Origin: Candidatus Eiseniibacteriota bacterium
GTDB taxonomy: Bacteria; Eisenbacteria; RBG-16-71-46; SZUA-252
NCBI GenBank assembly: GCA_005893275.1
Contig: VBOW01000013.1
Span: 69,387 to 133,386, forward strand
Length of the DNA stretch: 64,000 nt
Direction of reading: 5' to 3'
The notes beneath the pieces are model-generated. The model did not search any database, had not been told where the DNA came from, and was given only the letters and a program-made list of their open reading frames with translations. Shown here in pieces: positions 45,637-57,660 of this stretch. Position numbers and translations under genes: made by a program. The stretch's first letter is position 1, and each line of letters begins with the position of its first letter.

Positions 45637-46492
45637 CCCCAAGGCCCGCGTCCGCGCGCACATCGAAGCGCGCGGCAAGGGTGTCCTCGCGGGGAACACG
45701 GTCGCCGCGATCGCCTTCGCGGAGCTGGACCCCGAGGTCGAGATCGACTGGCTCGCTCCGGAGGGATCCGAGGTCAAGCCGGGCATCAAGATCGCCGAAA
45801 TCCGCGGACGGGCGCGCGCGATCCTGAGCGCGGAGCGCGTCGCGCTCAATTTCCTCCAGCGTCTCTCCGGCGTGGCGACGCTGACCCGCGCGTTCCTCCG
45901 CGCTGTGGAGGGGACCGACGTCCAGATCCTGGACACGCGAAAAACGACGCCGAGTCTACGCATGCTCGAGAAACACGCGACCCAGGTGGGCGGGGCCCTG
46001 AACCACCGCTTCGGCCTCTTCGATGGGATGCTGATCAAGGAGAACCACGCCCGTGTCGCCGGGGGGCTGACGCGCGCGGTGGAAAAGGCGCGGGCGCGCT
46101 CGCTCGGCCTTCCGGTCATGGCCGAGGCGCGCACCGTCGAAGACGCGGAGATCCTCGCGACCCTGGGAGTCGATCGCATCCTCCTCGACAACTTCACGCC
46201 GGGGCAGGTCGCGGTGGCGGTGAAGCGCATCCGGGCGCTGGCCAAAGGAGGAAAGCTCGAGCCCGCGCGGGGCACGGTCGGGAGCGCGCGGCGCGGCGGA
46301 TCCGCCAAGGGGGGCGGCGCGACGGCGGTAGCGGTGCCCGATGCGATGCCGGAAATCGAAGTATCCGGAGGCATCCGCCTCGAGAACGTGCGCGACTTCG
46401 CATTGCCGGGTGTCAAGTACATCTCCGTCGGGGCGCTCACCCACTCCGCCCCGGCGTTGGATCTCTCGCTTCTGGTCGCGGATGTCTCGTAG
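45545..46492 (+). CDS. nadC: Nicotinate-nucleotide diphosphorylase (carboxylating)
   Basis: [49 protein letters not shown]. Contains a Gly/Ala-rich insertion of about 35 aa. Confidence 0.9.
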   Translation: MRLESIAAPLVRIALTEDIGGGDATTEVVIDPKARVRAHIEARGKGVLAGNTVAAIAFAELDPEVEIDWLAPEGSEVKPGIKIAEIRGRARAILSAERVALNFLQRLSGVATLTRAFLRAVEGTDVQILDTRKTTPSLRMLEKHATQVGGALNHRFGLFDGMLIKENHARVAGGLTRAVEKARARSLGLPVMAEARTVEDAEILATLGVDRILLDNFTPGQVAVAVKRIRALAKGGKLEPARGTVGSARRGGSAKGGGATAVAVPDAMPEIEVSGGIRLENVRDFALPGVKYISVGALTHSAPALDLSLLVADVS

Positions 46493-46504
46493 ACCCCACG
46501 CGCC

Positions 46505-47287
46505 GTGAAGCCCGAACCAACCCGCGCGATGTCCGCCCAGCGGTTCCTCGGCGTCCCGGTGGAAGCGCACGCTCACCTCGAATCGACCAACGACGAGGTC
46601 TTTCGGCGCGCGCGGGAAGGAGCACCCGAGGGGCTCGTGGTCGTCGCGGAGCATCAGACCCAAGGAAGAGGACGTCTCGGCCGAAGCTGGTTCGACGCCG
46701 CGGGACGCTCGCTCCTGTTCTCGGTCCTGCTCAAGCCGGCCGTGCCGCTCCAGTCCTACCCGCTTCTGGCCCTGGTCCTGGCCTCGTCGGTCGCGGACGC
46801 GGGAGCCGAAGCGGCGGGCGAGACGCTCGCCGTGAAATGGCCGAACGACGTGGTGCATCGGGGAAGGAAGCTCTGCGGCGTGCTCGCGGAATCCCGCTCG
46901 CTCGCCCCGGGGAAGCCACCGGTCCTCGTCCTCGGGGCGGGCGTGAACGTGAACCAGCTCGAGGAGGATTTCCCGCCCGAGATCCGGGGTCGCGCCACCT
47001 CGCTGCGGATCGCGGCGGGCGGCCGCGCGTTCGCCATTCCGGAGTTTCTTGCGGCCGTCCTGGCGCGCTTCGAGCGTGACGTCGCGCTCGCGCGCCGGGA
47101 CGATCCCCGCCCGCTCTTCGAGCGCGTCCGCCCGCGCCTGCCCGCCCCCGGCGCCCAGGTGCGCGTCGCGCTCGGCGAGCGTACGGTGGAAGGGGAGGTC
47201 ACGGAAGTGACCGAGACCGGCGCGCTCCGCGTGCGCGACCGGGCGAGCGGCGTGGTGGAGACCCTGGCCGCCGGAGTCCTGGAATGA
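46505..47287 (+). CDS. birA: Biotin--[acetyl-CoA-carboxylase] ligase (class I, no HTH)
   Basis: [27 protein letters not shown]. 260 aa. GTG start. Confidence 0.85.
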   Translation: MKPEPTRAMSAQRFLGVPVEAHAHLESTNDEVFRRAREGAPEGLVVVAEHQTQGRGRLGRSWFDAAGRSLLFSVLLKPAVPLQSYPLLALVLASSVADAGAEAAGETLAVKWPNDVVHRGRKLCGVLAESRSLAPGKPPVLVLGAGVNVNQLEEDFPPEIRGRATSLRIAAGGRAFAIPEFLAAVLARFERDVALARRDDPRPLFERVRPRLPAPGAQVRVALGERTVEGEVTEVTETGALRVRDRASGVVETLAAGVLE

Positions 47288-47733
47288 AGTGCCCGTCGTG
47301 CGGTCATCTGGAAGACAAGGTGATCGATTCCCGTTCGGCCAAGGAAGGCCAGGCGATCCGCCGCCGCCGCGAGTGCCTGGCCTGCCAGCGCCGATTCACG
47401 ACCTACGAGACCGTGGAGACGACGCCCCTGCTCGTGATCAAGAAGGACGGAAGGCGCGAGCCGTTCAGCCGGGACAAGATCTTGAACGGCCTGCTCCGCG
47501 CGTGTGAGAAGCGGCCGATTCCCGCGGAGAAGATCCACGCGATCGTGGATACCCTCGAGGCGGAGCTGATGCAGAAGGGTTTGGACGAGGTCCATTCGAG
47601 CGAGATCGGCGAGCGGGTCATGGCGGCACTTCACCAGCTCGACGAGGTGGCCTACGTCCGGTTCGCCTCGGTGTATCGGCACTTCAAGGATCTGAATCAG
47701 TTCTTGGAAGAGCTTCGGTCGCTCCTCAAGTGA
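47284..47733 (+). CDS. nrdR: Transcriptional repressor NrdR
   Basis: MKCPSCGH...[17 protein letters not shown] zinc ribbon plus ATP-cone. ATGA overlap with birA. Confidence 0.95.
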   Translation: MKCPSCGHLEDKVIDSRSAKEGQAIRRRRECLACQRRFTTYETVETTPLLVIKKDGRREPFSRDKILNGLLRACEKRPIPAEKIHAIVDTLEAELMQKGLDEVHSSEIGERVMAALHQLDEVAYVRFASVYRHFKDLNQFLEELRSLLK

Positions 47734-48500
47734 TCCCGCCGCTTCTCGCCGTCGCGCAAGACCCCGAGCGTCCGATGTCCTTCCTCGAGCATCTGGAGGA
47801 GCTCCGCGCCGCCGTGTGGCGGAGCGCCACGATCGCCCTGGTGCTCATCGCAGGGGCATGGGTGTTCTCGGGTCGCCTCCTCGACGCGCTCATCTTGTGG
47901 CTTCTCCGCGGAGAGAGGGCCCTGGCTCTCTCCCCCACGGAAGCCTTTTCCGCCCGGGTCGAAGTGGCGCTCTGGACGGGCGGGGTCGTGGCGCTCCCTT
48001 ACGTGATGTTCGAGCTGTGGCGGTTCGTGGCGCCCGGATTGAAGAAGAACGAGCGTCGTTTCGCGATCCCCTGGATGGTGGCTTCGGCGGCGCTCCTCTA
48101 TCTCGGCGTGGCGTTCGCGCTCAAACTCCTGCTCCCCATGATCGTCCGGATGCTCCAGTCGTTCGCGACCGGCCAGATCGAGTCGCGCATGTCGCTCCTT
48201 TCGCTCCTTCACTTCTCGGTGAAGATGGCGGCGGGATGCGGGCTCCTGTTCCAGCTCCCCCTGGTGCTCTGTCTCCTCGCATGGTTCGGGATCGCCTCGC
48301 CGAAGGTGCTCGCGCGCCAGTGGCGGCACGCGGTGTTCTTTATCGCGCTCGCCGCGGCGGTGGTCACTCCCGGCGATGGACCGTCGATGCTGATCCTCTC
48401 GGCGCCCCTGATCCTCCTCTATTTCGTGAGCCTGGTATTCGCCTGGGCGATCTGGCGCGGCCGCTGGAAGGGGCGCCGGGAGCCGGGCGAGCTGGGCTAG
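47730..48500 (+). CDS. tatC: Twin-arginine translocase subunit TatC
   Basis: [17 protein letters not shown] and six TM segments. GTG 47730 overlaps the nrdR stop; ATG 47775 is an alternative start. Confidence 0.9.
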   Translation: MIPPLLAVAQDPERPMSFLEHLEELRAAVWRSATIALVLIAGAWVFSGRLLDALILWLLRGERALALSPTEAFSARVEVALWTGGVVALPYVMFELWRFVAPGLKKNERRFAIPWMVASAALLYLGVAFALKLLLPMIVRMLQSFATGQIESRMSLLSLLHFSVKMAAGCGLLFQLPLVLCLLAWFGIASPKVLARQWRHAVFFIALAAAVVTPGDGPSMLILSAPLILLYFVSLVFAWAIWRGRWKGRREPGELG

Positions 48501-48511
48501 GAAGGCGACCC

Positions 48512-49363
48512 GTGCTCCTCGCGATCGATGTGGGCAATACGGAAGTGACCCTCGGGCTCTTCGACGGCCGCCACCTCACGCGCTCGTTTCGCCTGAGCAG
48601 CGAGACCCGGCGGACCGCGGACGAGCTCGAGCTCTATCTGACCCAGGTGTTTCCCGAGCTCGCCTCGCGGGGCGGTCACGCCGGGGTGCTCGCCTCGGTC
48701 GTCCCGACCGCGACGCGGTCCTACTTCGAGGCCTCCCGGAGGGTCTGCGGGCGGGACCCGCTCGAGGTCTCCTCGCTCATTCCGTCGGGGGTGGAGATCG
48801 ACTACCGCGATCCCCAGTCCGCGGGAGCCGACCGGATCGCGAACGCGGCCGCGGCGCTCAGGCTCTACGGCGCGCCCGTCATCGTCGTGGATTTCGGCAC
48901 GGCGACCACGTTCGACGTGATCGTGAAGGATCGCCGGTACATCGGCGGGGTCATCGCTCCCGGCGTCATCACGGGCGCGGAGCACCTGATCCGGCGTGCC
49001 GCGCGGCTATCGGCGTTCGAGCTGCGCGCTCCGGAGCACGTGGTGGGGCGAAGCACGGAGGAAAGCCTCCAGTCGGGCGTCTACTACGGCGCGGTCGGTC
49101 AAGTGGACGCCATCGTCCGTCGCATCGCCGCCGAAGAGCGGATCCGGCCGATGGTCGTGGCGACGGGCGGCCTCGCCTCGATGATCGCCGCCCACTCGGA
49201 GACGATCGAGAAAGTGGACCCCGACTTGACGCTCCACGGACTTCGGATCATCTACGAGCTGAACCGGCCGGACGCGCCGGCGACGGCCCGCGCCGCCCCG
49301 GCGAAATCCCAGCCACGCCGGGCACCGCATACCCGCGCCAAGTCCAAGAAACATCGGAAGTAA
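48512..49363 (+). CDS. coaX: Type III pantothenate kinase
   Basis: GTG start. [38 protein letters not shown]. Only the C-terminal part of track ORF 47816..49363 is real. Lys/Arg-rich C-terminal tail. Confidence 0.85.
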   Translation: MLLAIDVGNTEVTLGLFDGRHLTRSFRLSSETRRTADELELYLTQVFPELASRGGHAGVLASVVPTATRSYFEASRRVCGRDPLEVSSLIPSGVEIDYRDPQSAGADRIANAAAALRLYGAPVIVVDFGTATTFDVIVKDRRYIGGVIAPGVITGAEHLIRRAARLSAFELRAPEHVVGRSTEESLQSGVYYGAVGQVDAIVRRIAAEERIRPMVVATGGLASMIAAHSETIEKVDPDLTLHGLRIIYELNRPDAPATARAAPAKSQPRRAPHTRAKSKKHRK

Positions 49364-49429
49364 CAGGCGTTCTCGGAAGGGATCGATGGGGGTTGCGCTC
49401 GCAGGCGGCATCGGGTAGAGTCTCTTCGA

Positions 49430-51142
<1,713 letters not shown>

Positions 51143-51171
51143 CGAGCCGTACCATCGGTTGAGTCGGCCGC

Positions 51172-51197
51172 GGCCTCTGGGGCATGCCCCGGAGGCC
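51172..51197 (+). terminator. Possible intrinsic terminator hairpin after groEL
   Basis: GGCCTCTGGGG-CATG-CCCCGGAGGCC (11-bp stem with one G:U), followed by GTCGTTGTTGG, which is T-poor. Confidence 0.35.
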
Positions 51198-51483
51198 GTC
51201 GTTGTTGGCGGGGGCACGCCTGGGACTTTCCCCCGAACACCCGGTATAGAAGGAGGGCGCCCAGGCCGATAAGGTGTCGATCGGCGGGCTTCATTTCATT
51301 GCGGCGGTGCGGCACCGTGCGGAATGCAAGTCGGCGACGTGCGGCATGACCATGGGGCACGGCATCCTTAGGGGCGAGACCGGAATAATCCCCGGAGACC
51401 CAAGGAAATAGGCCGCCGGGCGCGGGAAATGCTTCCCGTGGCGTTGGGCGTCCGGCGAGCCGTATCCTCACCTGAACCCGAGC

Positions 51484-52431
51484 ATGGAATCCTGGAGACC
51501 GTTCGTGAGTTTTGAAGCGCTGACGCTCGACAAAGAAGAGCTGATCGTGAAACGCGGCGCGGCGATCGCGCCGTACACGACCTTCGGGATTGGAGGCCCC
51601 GCGGATGTCCTCGCGGAGGCATACACCGAGCGCGCGCTGCAGCAGGTCGTGCGCGAGGCGATCGCGAGTCGCATGCGATGGCTCCTGATCGGCGGCGGGA
51701 GCAACCTCCTGGTCGGGGACGCGGGGTTCCGCGGCCTGGTCATTGTGAACCGCATCGAGCACCTGCGGGTGAACGGAAACCGGGTCGTCGCGGGCGCCGG
51801 AGCCGATCTGGGAGAAGTGGTGGAAGCCGCCCGTGAGAGTTCTCTATCCGGAATTGAGTTCGCGATCGATATCCCCGGCACCGTGGGGGGTGCCATCCGC
51901 GGCAACGCGGGAGCGTTCGGCCGTTCGGTGGGGGACATCTCGGTCCGCATTCGTCTCCTGGAAGGCACGGATCTCGTCGACCGCGCTCCGGCGGAGCTGG
52001 GTTTCGCCTACCGGCACAGCCGCCTGAAGCAAAACGACCACATTGTCGTTGAAGCGGAGTTCGAGCTAACGCCGGGCGACCGCGCGGAAATGGACCGCGT
52101 AATGGGGCAGCACGCGGCCCAGCGCGCGCGCCGTAAGGAGAAGGGGCTTCATACCGCCGGCTGCTTCTTCAAGAACCCGATCCTGGCGGACGGCCAGAAG
52201 GTCGCTGCCGGGCAGCTCCTCGAGGCCGCGGGGGCGAAGGAGATCCGTGACGGCGGCGCCGGGGTCCACGCCTACCACGCGAACTACATCGTGAACATGG
52301 GGGGCGCCTCGGCCGACGAAGTCTTACGGGTCGCCCGCGAGATGAAGCGCCGCGTTCAGGAATCGGTTGGCATCACCCTGGAAGAAGAGGTGATGGTGGT
52401 GACGGACCCGCCGGCTCCAGGCCGCGTGTAG
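51484..52431 (+). CDS. murB: UDP-N-acetylenolpyruvoylglucosamine reductase
   Basis: APYTTFGIGGPADVL, LIGGGSNLLV, GTVGGAIRGNAGAFG, AGCFFKNP. Confidence 0.9.
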   Translation: MESWRPFVSFEALTLDKEELIVKRGAAIAPYTTFGIGGPADVLAEAYTERALQQVVREAIASRMRWLLIGGGSNLLVGDAGFRGLVIVNRIEHLRVNGNRVVAGAGADLGEVVEAARESSLSGIEFAIDIPGTVGGAIRGNAGAFGRSVGDISVRIRLLEGTDLVDRAPAELGFAYRHSRLKQNDHIVVEAEFELTPGDRAEMDRVMGQHAAQRARRKEKGLHTAGCFFKNPILADGQKVAAGQLLEAAGAKEIRDGGAGVHAYHANYIVNMGGASADEVLRVAREMKRRVQESVGITLEEEVMVVTDPPAPGRV

Positions 52432-52496
52432 ACGCCCGCACCCAGCGGGCGTAGAGTCCCAGGTGCAGCCACTCTGGACTCGAAGCGAGGCTTCAC

Positions 52497-55400
52497 ATGG
52501 ATCCGCTCGTCGGCAGGACCCTCTCCCACTTCCGGGTCGAGGAACGGCTCGGGTCCGGCGGCATGGGGGTCGTCTACCGCGCTCGCGACACGACCCTCGG
52601 GCGGGACGTCGCAATCAAGATGCTGCCCGAGGAAGTCTCCAAAGACTCGGCACGCCTCGGTCGCCTTCGGCGTGAAGCGAAGCTTCTCGCAACGCTCAAT
52701 CACCCTGGCATCGCCGCAATTTACGGTTTCGCGCGACCGCGTCGCGTGAACCAGTTCCTTGTTCTCGAGCTCGTGGACGGCGAATCCTTGACCGACCGGC
52801 TGCGGCGCGGGCCGCTCGCGATCGAGGAGACGATCCGGGTCACCGGGGAGATCGCGAGCGCGCTGGAAGCGGCGCACGAGCGCGGCGTCATTCACTGCGA
52901 TATCAAGCCCGGCAATGTGATGCTGACGTCGCGAGGTGCTGTCAAGATCCTCGACTTCGGCTTGGCCCGCCACGCGCATCCCCCCGGGGATCCGGAGGAG
53001 ACGGCGTCGCTGGCGAGTCCAAGCACGGCCACCGGTGCGGTAGGCGCCGCGGGCACCCCGGGCTACATGAGCCCGGAGCAGATCCTGGCCCGGCCGCACG
53101 ACCTCCGCGTCGATGTTTTCGGGTTTGGATGCGTCCTCTACGAGTGCCTCACCGGGCAGCGCGCGTTCCCCGGCGTATCCATTTCGGAGAGGCTGGACGC
53201 GGCCGTTTCGCGCGAGCCCGATTGGCACACTCTGCCGGTCGGGACGCCGCGCCGGCTCCGCCGGCTCCTCGTAGCCTGCCTGGAGCGGGATCCGCAGCGG
53301 CGGCTCGCCGATATGGGCGCGGCGAGGAAGGAAATCGAAGAGCTGGCACGTTCTCTCCGCGAGACTTCCGAATCACGCCCCGCGGCGGGCGGCTCGCCTG
53401 CGAACAATATCCCGGAGCAGTTGACGAGCTTCGTGGGCCGGGAGGCCGAGGTCGGCGTGTGCTTGGAGATGCTCCGGCGCTGCCGCCTCCTGACGCTGAC
53501 CGGAAGCGGGGGCTGTGGGAAGACGCGCCTCGCGCTGAAGCTCGCAGAGACGCTCCGGAGTGTCTTCCCAGACGGTACCTGGTTGGTGGATCTTGCCCCG
53601 CTGGTCGATCCCTCGCGCGTTCCGGTCATCGTGGCCTCGACGCTCGGGATCTTTGAGGAGGTCGAGATGCCGCTCCTTGGCACCGTCTCGCGGCAACTCG
53701 CCGACAAGCGTCTGCTCCTCATCCTCGACAATTGCGAGCACGTGCTTGGCTCCTGCGCCAAGCTGGCCCGCGAGCTTCTCGAGAATTGCCGCGACATCGT
53801 CGTACTGGCCACGAGCCGGGAACCCATGCATCTTCCGGGGGAGCAGGCCTACCCGGTTCCGACCATGGCCGTGCCCGATCCCGAGCTGGGTCTCCGCGAG
53901 ATCGAATCCGTCGAGTCCGTCCGGCTCTTCACGGAACGCGCGCGCGCGCTGGTTCCGCAATTCCACCTTTCTGCGAGGACGGCGCCCGCCGTGGCCGAAA
54001 TCTGCCGCCGCCTGGACGGCATCCCGCTCGCGATCGAGCTCGCCGCCGCGCGGATCAAGCTCCTCACGCCGGAGGAAATCCGAAGTATGTTGGGAGACCG
54101 TTTCCGCCTTCTGGTCGGAGGGAGCGGGTCCGGGCTCCCGAGACATCAAACCCTTGCGGCGACGATTGAGTGGAGCTACGCCCAGCTCGATGAAGGCGAG
54201 CGCAGGGTGTTCCGCTCGCTGGCCGTCTTCACACGCGGCTGGGGGCTCGAGGCGGCCACTGCGATTTGCGGGAAGGAGGGGACCGACCGTCTTCACCTCG
54301 TCGAGGTCATGACGCGCCTCGTCGACAAGTCGCTCGTATTGGCGGAGCAGTCGCAAACGAGCGAATCACGGTGCCGCTATCTCGAGACGGTTCGCCAGTA
54401 CGCCCTGGATAGACTGAAGGACGAGCGGGAGGAGAAGAGGGTACGAGAGCGGCATCTGGCGTACTTTCTCGATCTCGCAGAGCGCGCCGCCCCTGAGCTC
54501 ACCGGGTCGGCGCAGGCCGTGTGGCTATCCCGGCTCGAAGTCGATCATGAGAATCTGCTCGCGGCCCTCGACTGTAGCTTCGGCTCTGGCGGCCTAGATG
54601 AGACCGCCCTCCGGCTCGCGACCGGTCTCTGGCGATTTTGGTTGGCCCACGGCCACCTCACGCTCGGCCGGCGCCTCTTAGAGGAAGCCCTTCGGCGTCC
54701 AGGCGCCCTGGCCGCCTCGCAGACGCGCGCCGAAGCGCTTGTCGGCGCGGGGGCGCTTGCCTTCCACCAAAACGATTGGGACATCGGCCGGACCTTTTTC
54801 CAAGAGTCCCTGGAGATTTCGCGTGCCACCGGGCATCGCGAAGGGATCGGGCACGCCCTGGTTGGTCTGGCCAATCTATCCCTGGGACAGGGAGACTACC
54901 GGGCGGCCAGCCGGATCTACCGCGAGGCGATGGTGATCTTCGAGGAGACAGGCCAACGGCGCGGGGTCGGACTCGCCCTCAGTAACCTGGGTCGCGTCGC
55001 CGAGCTGCAAGGAGACTTCGATTCGGCGTTCCCGCTCTACGCGCAGGGGATCGAAGTCTTCCGCGAGATGGGAGACGTCGCTTCCATGGCGCTCCGTCTT
55101 TCGTCTCTGGGCGACCTCGCGCTGAAACTCGGGCGCAGCGATACCGCGCGAGATTACCTGGTCGAGAGCCTGAAGCTCATCCGGGATCTGGAGGAGCGCC
55201 GGGCCGGAGCCTACGCTCTCGCGCGGTCGGCGGCCCTCGCGACGCAGGAGAGGCGATTCCGTGATGCCGCGGTCCTCTACGGCGCGTCGGACGCGCTTCG
55301 AACGAGAATCGGTCCGAGCATGACCCCGAGAGAATCTTCCGAGCATGAATCGCGGGTTGCCCGGACGCGCGTGGAATTCGGCCATGACCGCTTCGCCGCC

Positions 55401-55520
55401 GCATGGGCGGAAGGGCAGACGCTTTCGTTCGCGGGAGCGATCACCTACGCTCTCGAATGCCTCGAAACGACCTGCTCCAGCCTGCCGGGTCCAGCGTCCC
55501 GATTCTCCGGGAGTCCTTGA
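52497..55520 (+). CDS. Ser/Thr protein kinase fused to STAND-type P-loop NTPase and TPR array
   Basis: Kinase: GSGGMGVVYRA, VAIKML, HCDIKPGNVML, DFGLA, GTPGYMSPE. NTPase: LTGSGGCGKTRLA (Walker A), LLLILDNCEH (Walker B). C-terminal TPR-like repeats. 1007 aa. Confidence 0.85.
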   Translation: MDPLVGRTLSHFRVEERLGSGGMGVVYRARDTTLGRDVAIKMLPEEVSKDSARLGRLRREAKLLATLNHPGIAAIYGFARPRRVNQFLVLELVDGESLTDRLRRGPLAIEETIRVTGEIASALEAAHERGVIHCDIKPGNVMLTSRGAVKILDFGLARHAHPPGDPEETASLASPSTATGAVGAAGTPGYMSPEQILARPHDLRVDVFGFGCVLYECLTGQRAFPGVSISERLDAAVSREPDWHTLPVGTPRRLRRLLVACLERDPQRRLADMGAARKEIEELARSLRETSESRPAAGGSPANNIPEQLTSFVGREAEVGVCLEMLRRCRLLTLTGSGGCGKTRLALKLAETLRSVFPDGTWLVDLAPLVDPSRVPVIVASTLGIFEEVEMPLLGTVSRQLADKRLLLILDNCEHVLGSCAKLARELLENCRDIVVLATSREPMHLPGEQAYPVPTMAVPDPELGLREIESVESVRLFTERARALVPQFHLSARTAPAVAEICRRLDGIPLAIELAAARIKLLTPEEIRSMLGDRFRLLVGGSGSGLPRHQTLAATIEWSYAQLDEGERRVFRSLAVFTRGWGLEAATAICGKEGTDRLHLVEVMTRLVDKSLVLAEQSQTSESRCRYLETVRQYALDRLKDEREEKRVRERHLAYFLDLAERAAPELTGSAQAVWLSRLEVDHENLLAALDCSFGSGGLDETALRLATGLWRFWLAHGHLTLGRRLLEEALRRPGALAASQTRAEALVGAGALAFHQNDWDIGRTFFQESLEISRATGHREGIGHALVGLANLSLGQGDYRAASRIYREAMVIFEETGQRRGVGLALSNLGRVAELQGDFDSAFPLYAQGIEVFREMGDVASMALRLSSLGDLALKLGRSDTARDYLVESLKLIRDLEERRAGAYALARSAALATQERRFRDAAVLYGASDALRTRIGPSMTPRESSEHESRVARTRVEFGHDRFAAAWAEGQTLSFAGAITYALECLETTCSSLPGPASRFSGSP

Positions 55521-55554
55521 CACCCCTTCCTCCCGCCCGATAACGTCGGGCGCT

Positions 55555-56760
55555 ATGGCCCCCTTTCAAAAGAGCGCGCGCCTCCAGGCCTTGCCGCGCT
55601 ATCTCTTCGCCGAGCTGGAACGGAAACGCCGTGAGGCCGAGTCCGCGGGGAGGGAGGTTTTCGATCTCTCGATCGGGGATCCCGACCTTCCGACGCCCGA
55701 TTTCATTCTCGACAGGTTGGCCCAGGGCGCCCGGGACCCCCGCCACCACCGGTATCCCACGAGCGGCGGTCTCCTCGAAGCGCGTACGGCCGTCGCGGAC
55801 TGGTTTGCGGAGCGGTTCGGCGTTGCGGTCGATCCCGCCCGGGAGATCGCGATCCTCATCGGCTCGAAGGAAGGGATCGGGCATTTTCCCCTCGCGATGC
55901 TCGATGCGGGAGATGAGGCACTCCTCCCCGACCCCGGGTATCCCGTGTACATCGCGGGAACGGTCTTCGCGGGCGCGAAGCCGGTTCGCTTTCCGATTCG
56001 CGAGGCGGCCGGGTTCGTCCCCGACCCACGCGACCTCGACAAGCACGTCACGCCGCGCACCCGCCTCGTCTTCGTGAACTACCCCAACAACCCGACGGGC
56101 GCCACCGCGGAGCGCGTCTTCTACGAGGATCTGGTCGCGTGGGCAGAGCGCCGCGACCTGATCGTCGTCAGCGACGCCGCCTACTCGGAGCTCTACTATG
56201 CCGAGCCGCCGCCGAGCATCCTCTCGGTGCCGGGCGCCCGCGACCGCGCGATCGAGTTCCACTCCTTCTCGAAGACGTTTAACATGACGGGGTGGCGGAT
56301 CGGCTTCGCCGTGGGAGCCCCGGCCCTGATCGACGCCCTGGTCCAGCTCAAGGCGAACGTGGACTCGGGCGCCCCCCAGGCCATTCAGCTGGCGGCGGCG
56401 TCGGGGCTGGCATCGCTCGGCGTCCACGGCCCCGCGCTGCGCGCCGTCTACCGCGAGCGGCGCGATCTCGCGCTGGACGAGCTGCGGAGGCTCGGCTGCC
56501 CGATCCGGACGCCGGGCGGCGCTTTCTATCTCTGGGGGCGAGTTCCCGAAGGGGTGTCCTCGATGGAATTCGTCACGCGCGTGTTCGACAAGACAGGGGT
56601 CCTTCTCACACCCGGAACCGGATTCGGCTCCGAGGGAGAAGGGTACTTTCGCATCGCTCTTACCTCATCGGCGGATGCCCTCCGCCGCGCGCTCCAGAAG
56701 CTCGAATCGCTCGCGCCTTGGAAGGCGCCCCATGCCTCGGCGTCCCCAATCTCCCGCTAG
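55555..56760 (+). CDS. dapL: LL-diaminopimelate aminotransferase-like class I/II aminotransferase
   Basis: LPRYLFAELERKR, DLSIGDPDLPTP, NYPNNPTG, SFSKTFNMTGWRIG (PLP Lys). 401 aa. Confidence 0.75.
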   Translation: MAPFQKSARLQALPRYLFAELERKRREAESAGREVFDLSIGDPDLPTPDFILDRLAQGARDPRHHRYPTSGGLLEARTAVADWFAERFGVAVDPAREIAILIGSKEGIGHFPLAMLDAGDEALLPDPGYPVYIAGTVFAGAKPVRFPIREAAGFVPDPRDLDKHVTPRTRLVFVNYPNNPTGATAERVFYEDLVAWAERRDLIVVSDAAYSELYYAEPPPSILSVPGARDRAIEFHSFSKTFNMTGWRIGFAVGAPALIDALVQLKANVDSGAPQAIQLAAASGLASLGVHGPALRAVYRERRDLALDELRRLGCPIRTPGGAFYLWGRVPEGVSSMEFVTRVFDKTGVLLTPGTGFGSEGEGYFRIALTSSADALRRALQKLESLAPWKAPHASASPISR

Positions 56761-57151
56761 TCTCGCCGCCAAAGCCCCGGCTCGCGAGCTCCTCGACTGG
56801 CTCCGCCTCGCGCGGATTCAAGCCTACGGTCATCTCGGGGTGACCCAAAAGGAGCGCGACTTGGGTCAGAGAATCGAAGCGGACGTGGAGCTGGCCTACG
56901 CGCCGATGCCGACGCGCCGCCCGGACGTGCTCGACGACGCGATCGATTATGAGGAGGTGCACCGGCTCGTCCGCTCCCAGATCGAGATGTCGCGGTGCCG
57001 CCTCCTCGAGACGCTCGCCGAAGAGCTGGCGTTGGCCTTGATCCAGGAGTTCGATTCGCCTCGCGTGCGGGTGCGCGTGCGCAAGCTTCACGTCCCGGTC
57101 GATGATTTCACGACGATCCCGGAAGTCGTCGTCGAAAGGGCGCGCGCATGA
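56732..57151 (+). CDS. folB: Dihydroneopterin aldolase
   Basis: ARIQAYGHLGVTQKERDLGQRIEADVEL, DYEEV, LLETLAEELA. The start is uncertain and overlaps the dapL 3' end. Confidence 0.75.
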   Translation: MPRRPQSPASLAAKAPARELLDWLRLARIQAYGHLGVTQKERDLGQRIEADVELAYAPMPTRRPDVLDDAIDYEEVHRLVRSQIEMSRCRLLETLAEELALALIQEFDSPRVRVRVRKLHVPVDDFTTIPEVVVERARA

Positions 57152-57645
57152 GCAAGGTGTTCGTGGGCGTCGGGTCCAACCTCGGGGATCGCGAGTTTCT
57201 CATCCGCAAGGCGGTCGAAGCGATGCGCGACCTGCCACGCACGCTCGTCGTCCGGGTATCCTCGCTCTACGATACCGACCCGGTGGGGGAGGTCGATCAA
57301 CCGGCGTTCCTGAACGCGTCGGTATGGCTCGAGACCACGCTCGAGCCGAGAGAGCTGCTCTGGCAGCTCCTCCTCATCGAGAAGCGGATGGGCCGGGTAC
57401 GGTCGCAGCGGTGGGGACCGCGTCCGATCGATCTCGATCTCCTCTTCTACGGAGAGGAGACCGTGGACGAGCCCGATCTGAAAATCCCGCATCCTGAGGC
57501 GCACCGGAGGGCGTTTGTGCTTCTGCCCCTTCTGGAGCTGGACCCGGATTTCGTGCACCCGATCACGGGGGAATCGATTCGCAAGATGATCAAGAAGCTC
57601 CCTCCGAACCCTCCGGTCCGCAAGGGCGGGCGGTTCTGGTACTGA
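57148..57645 (+). CDS. folK: 6-hydroxymethyl-7,8-dihydropterin pyrophosphokinase
   Basis: VFVGVGSNLGDRE, SSLYDTDPVG, RWGPRPIDLDLL, IPHPEAHRRAFVLLPL. ATGA overlap with folB. Confidence 0.9.
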   Translation: MSKVFVGVGSNLGDREFLIRKAVEAMRDLPRTLVVRVSSLYDTDPVGEVDQPAFLNASVWLETTLEPRELLWQLLLIEKRMGRVRSQRWGPRPIDLDLLFYGEETVDEPDLKIPHPEAHRRAFVLLPLLELDPDFVHPITGESIRKMIKKLPPNPPVRKGGRFWY

Positions 57646-57660
57646 TCCGGGTCAGGGCGA

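Noticed and set aside
47816-48511. N-terminal 232 codons of the 515-aa ORF 47816..49363.
   Set aside because: This part overlaps tatC in another frame and is Arg/Pro-rich. Recognisable CoaX sequence (LLAIDVGNT) begins at GTG 48512, right after the tatC stop.
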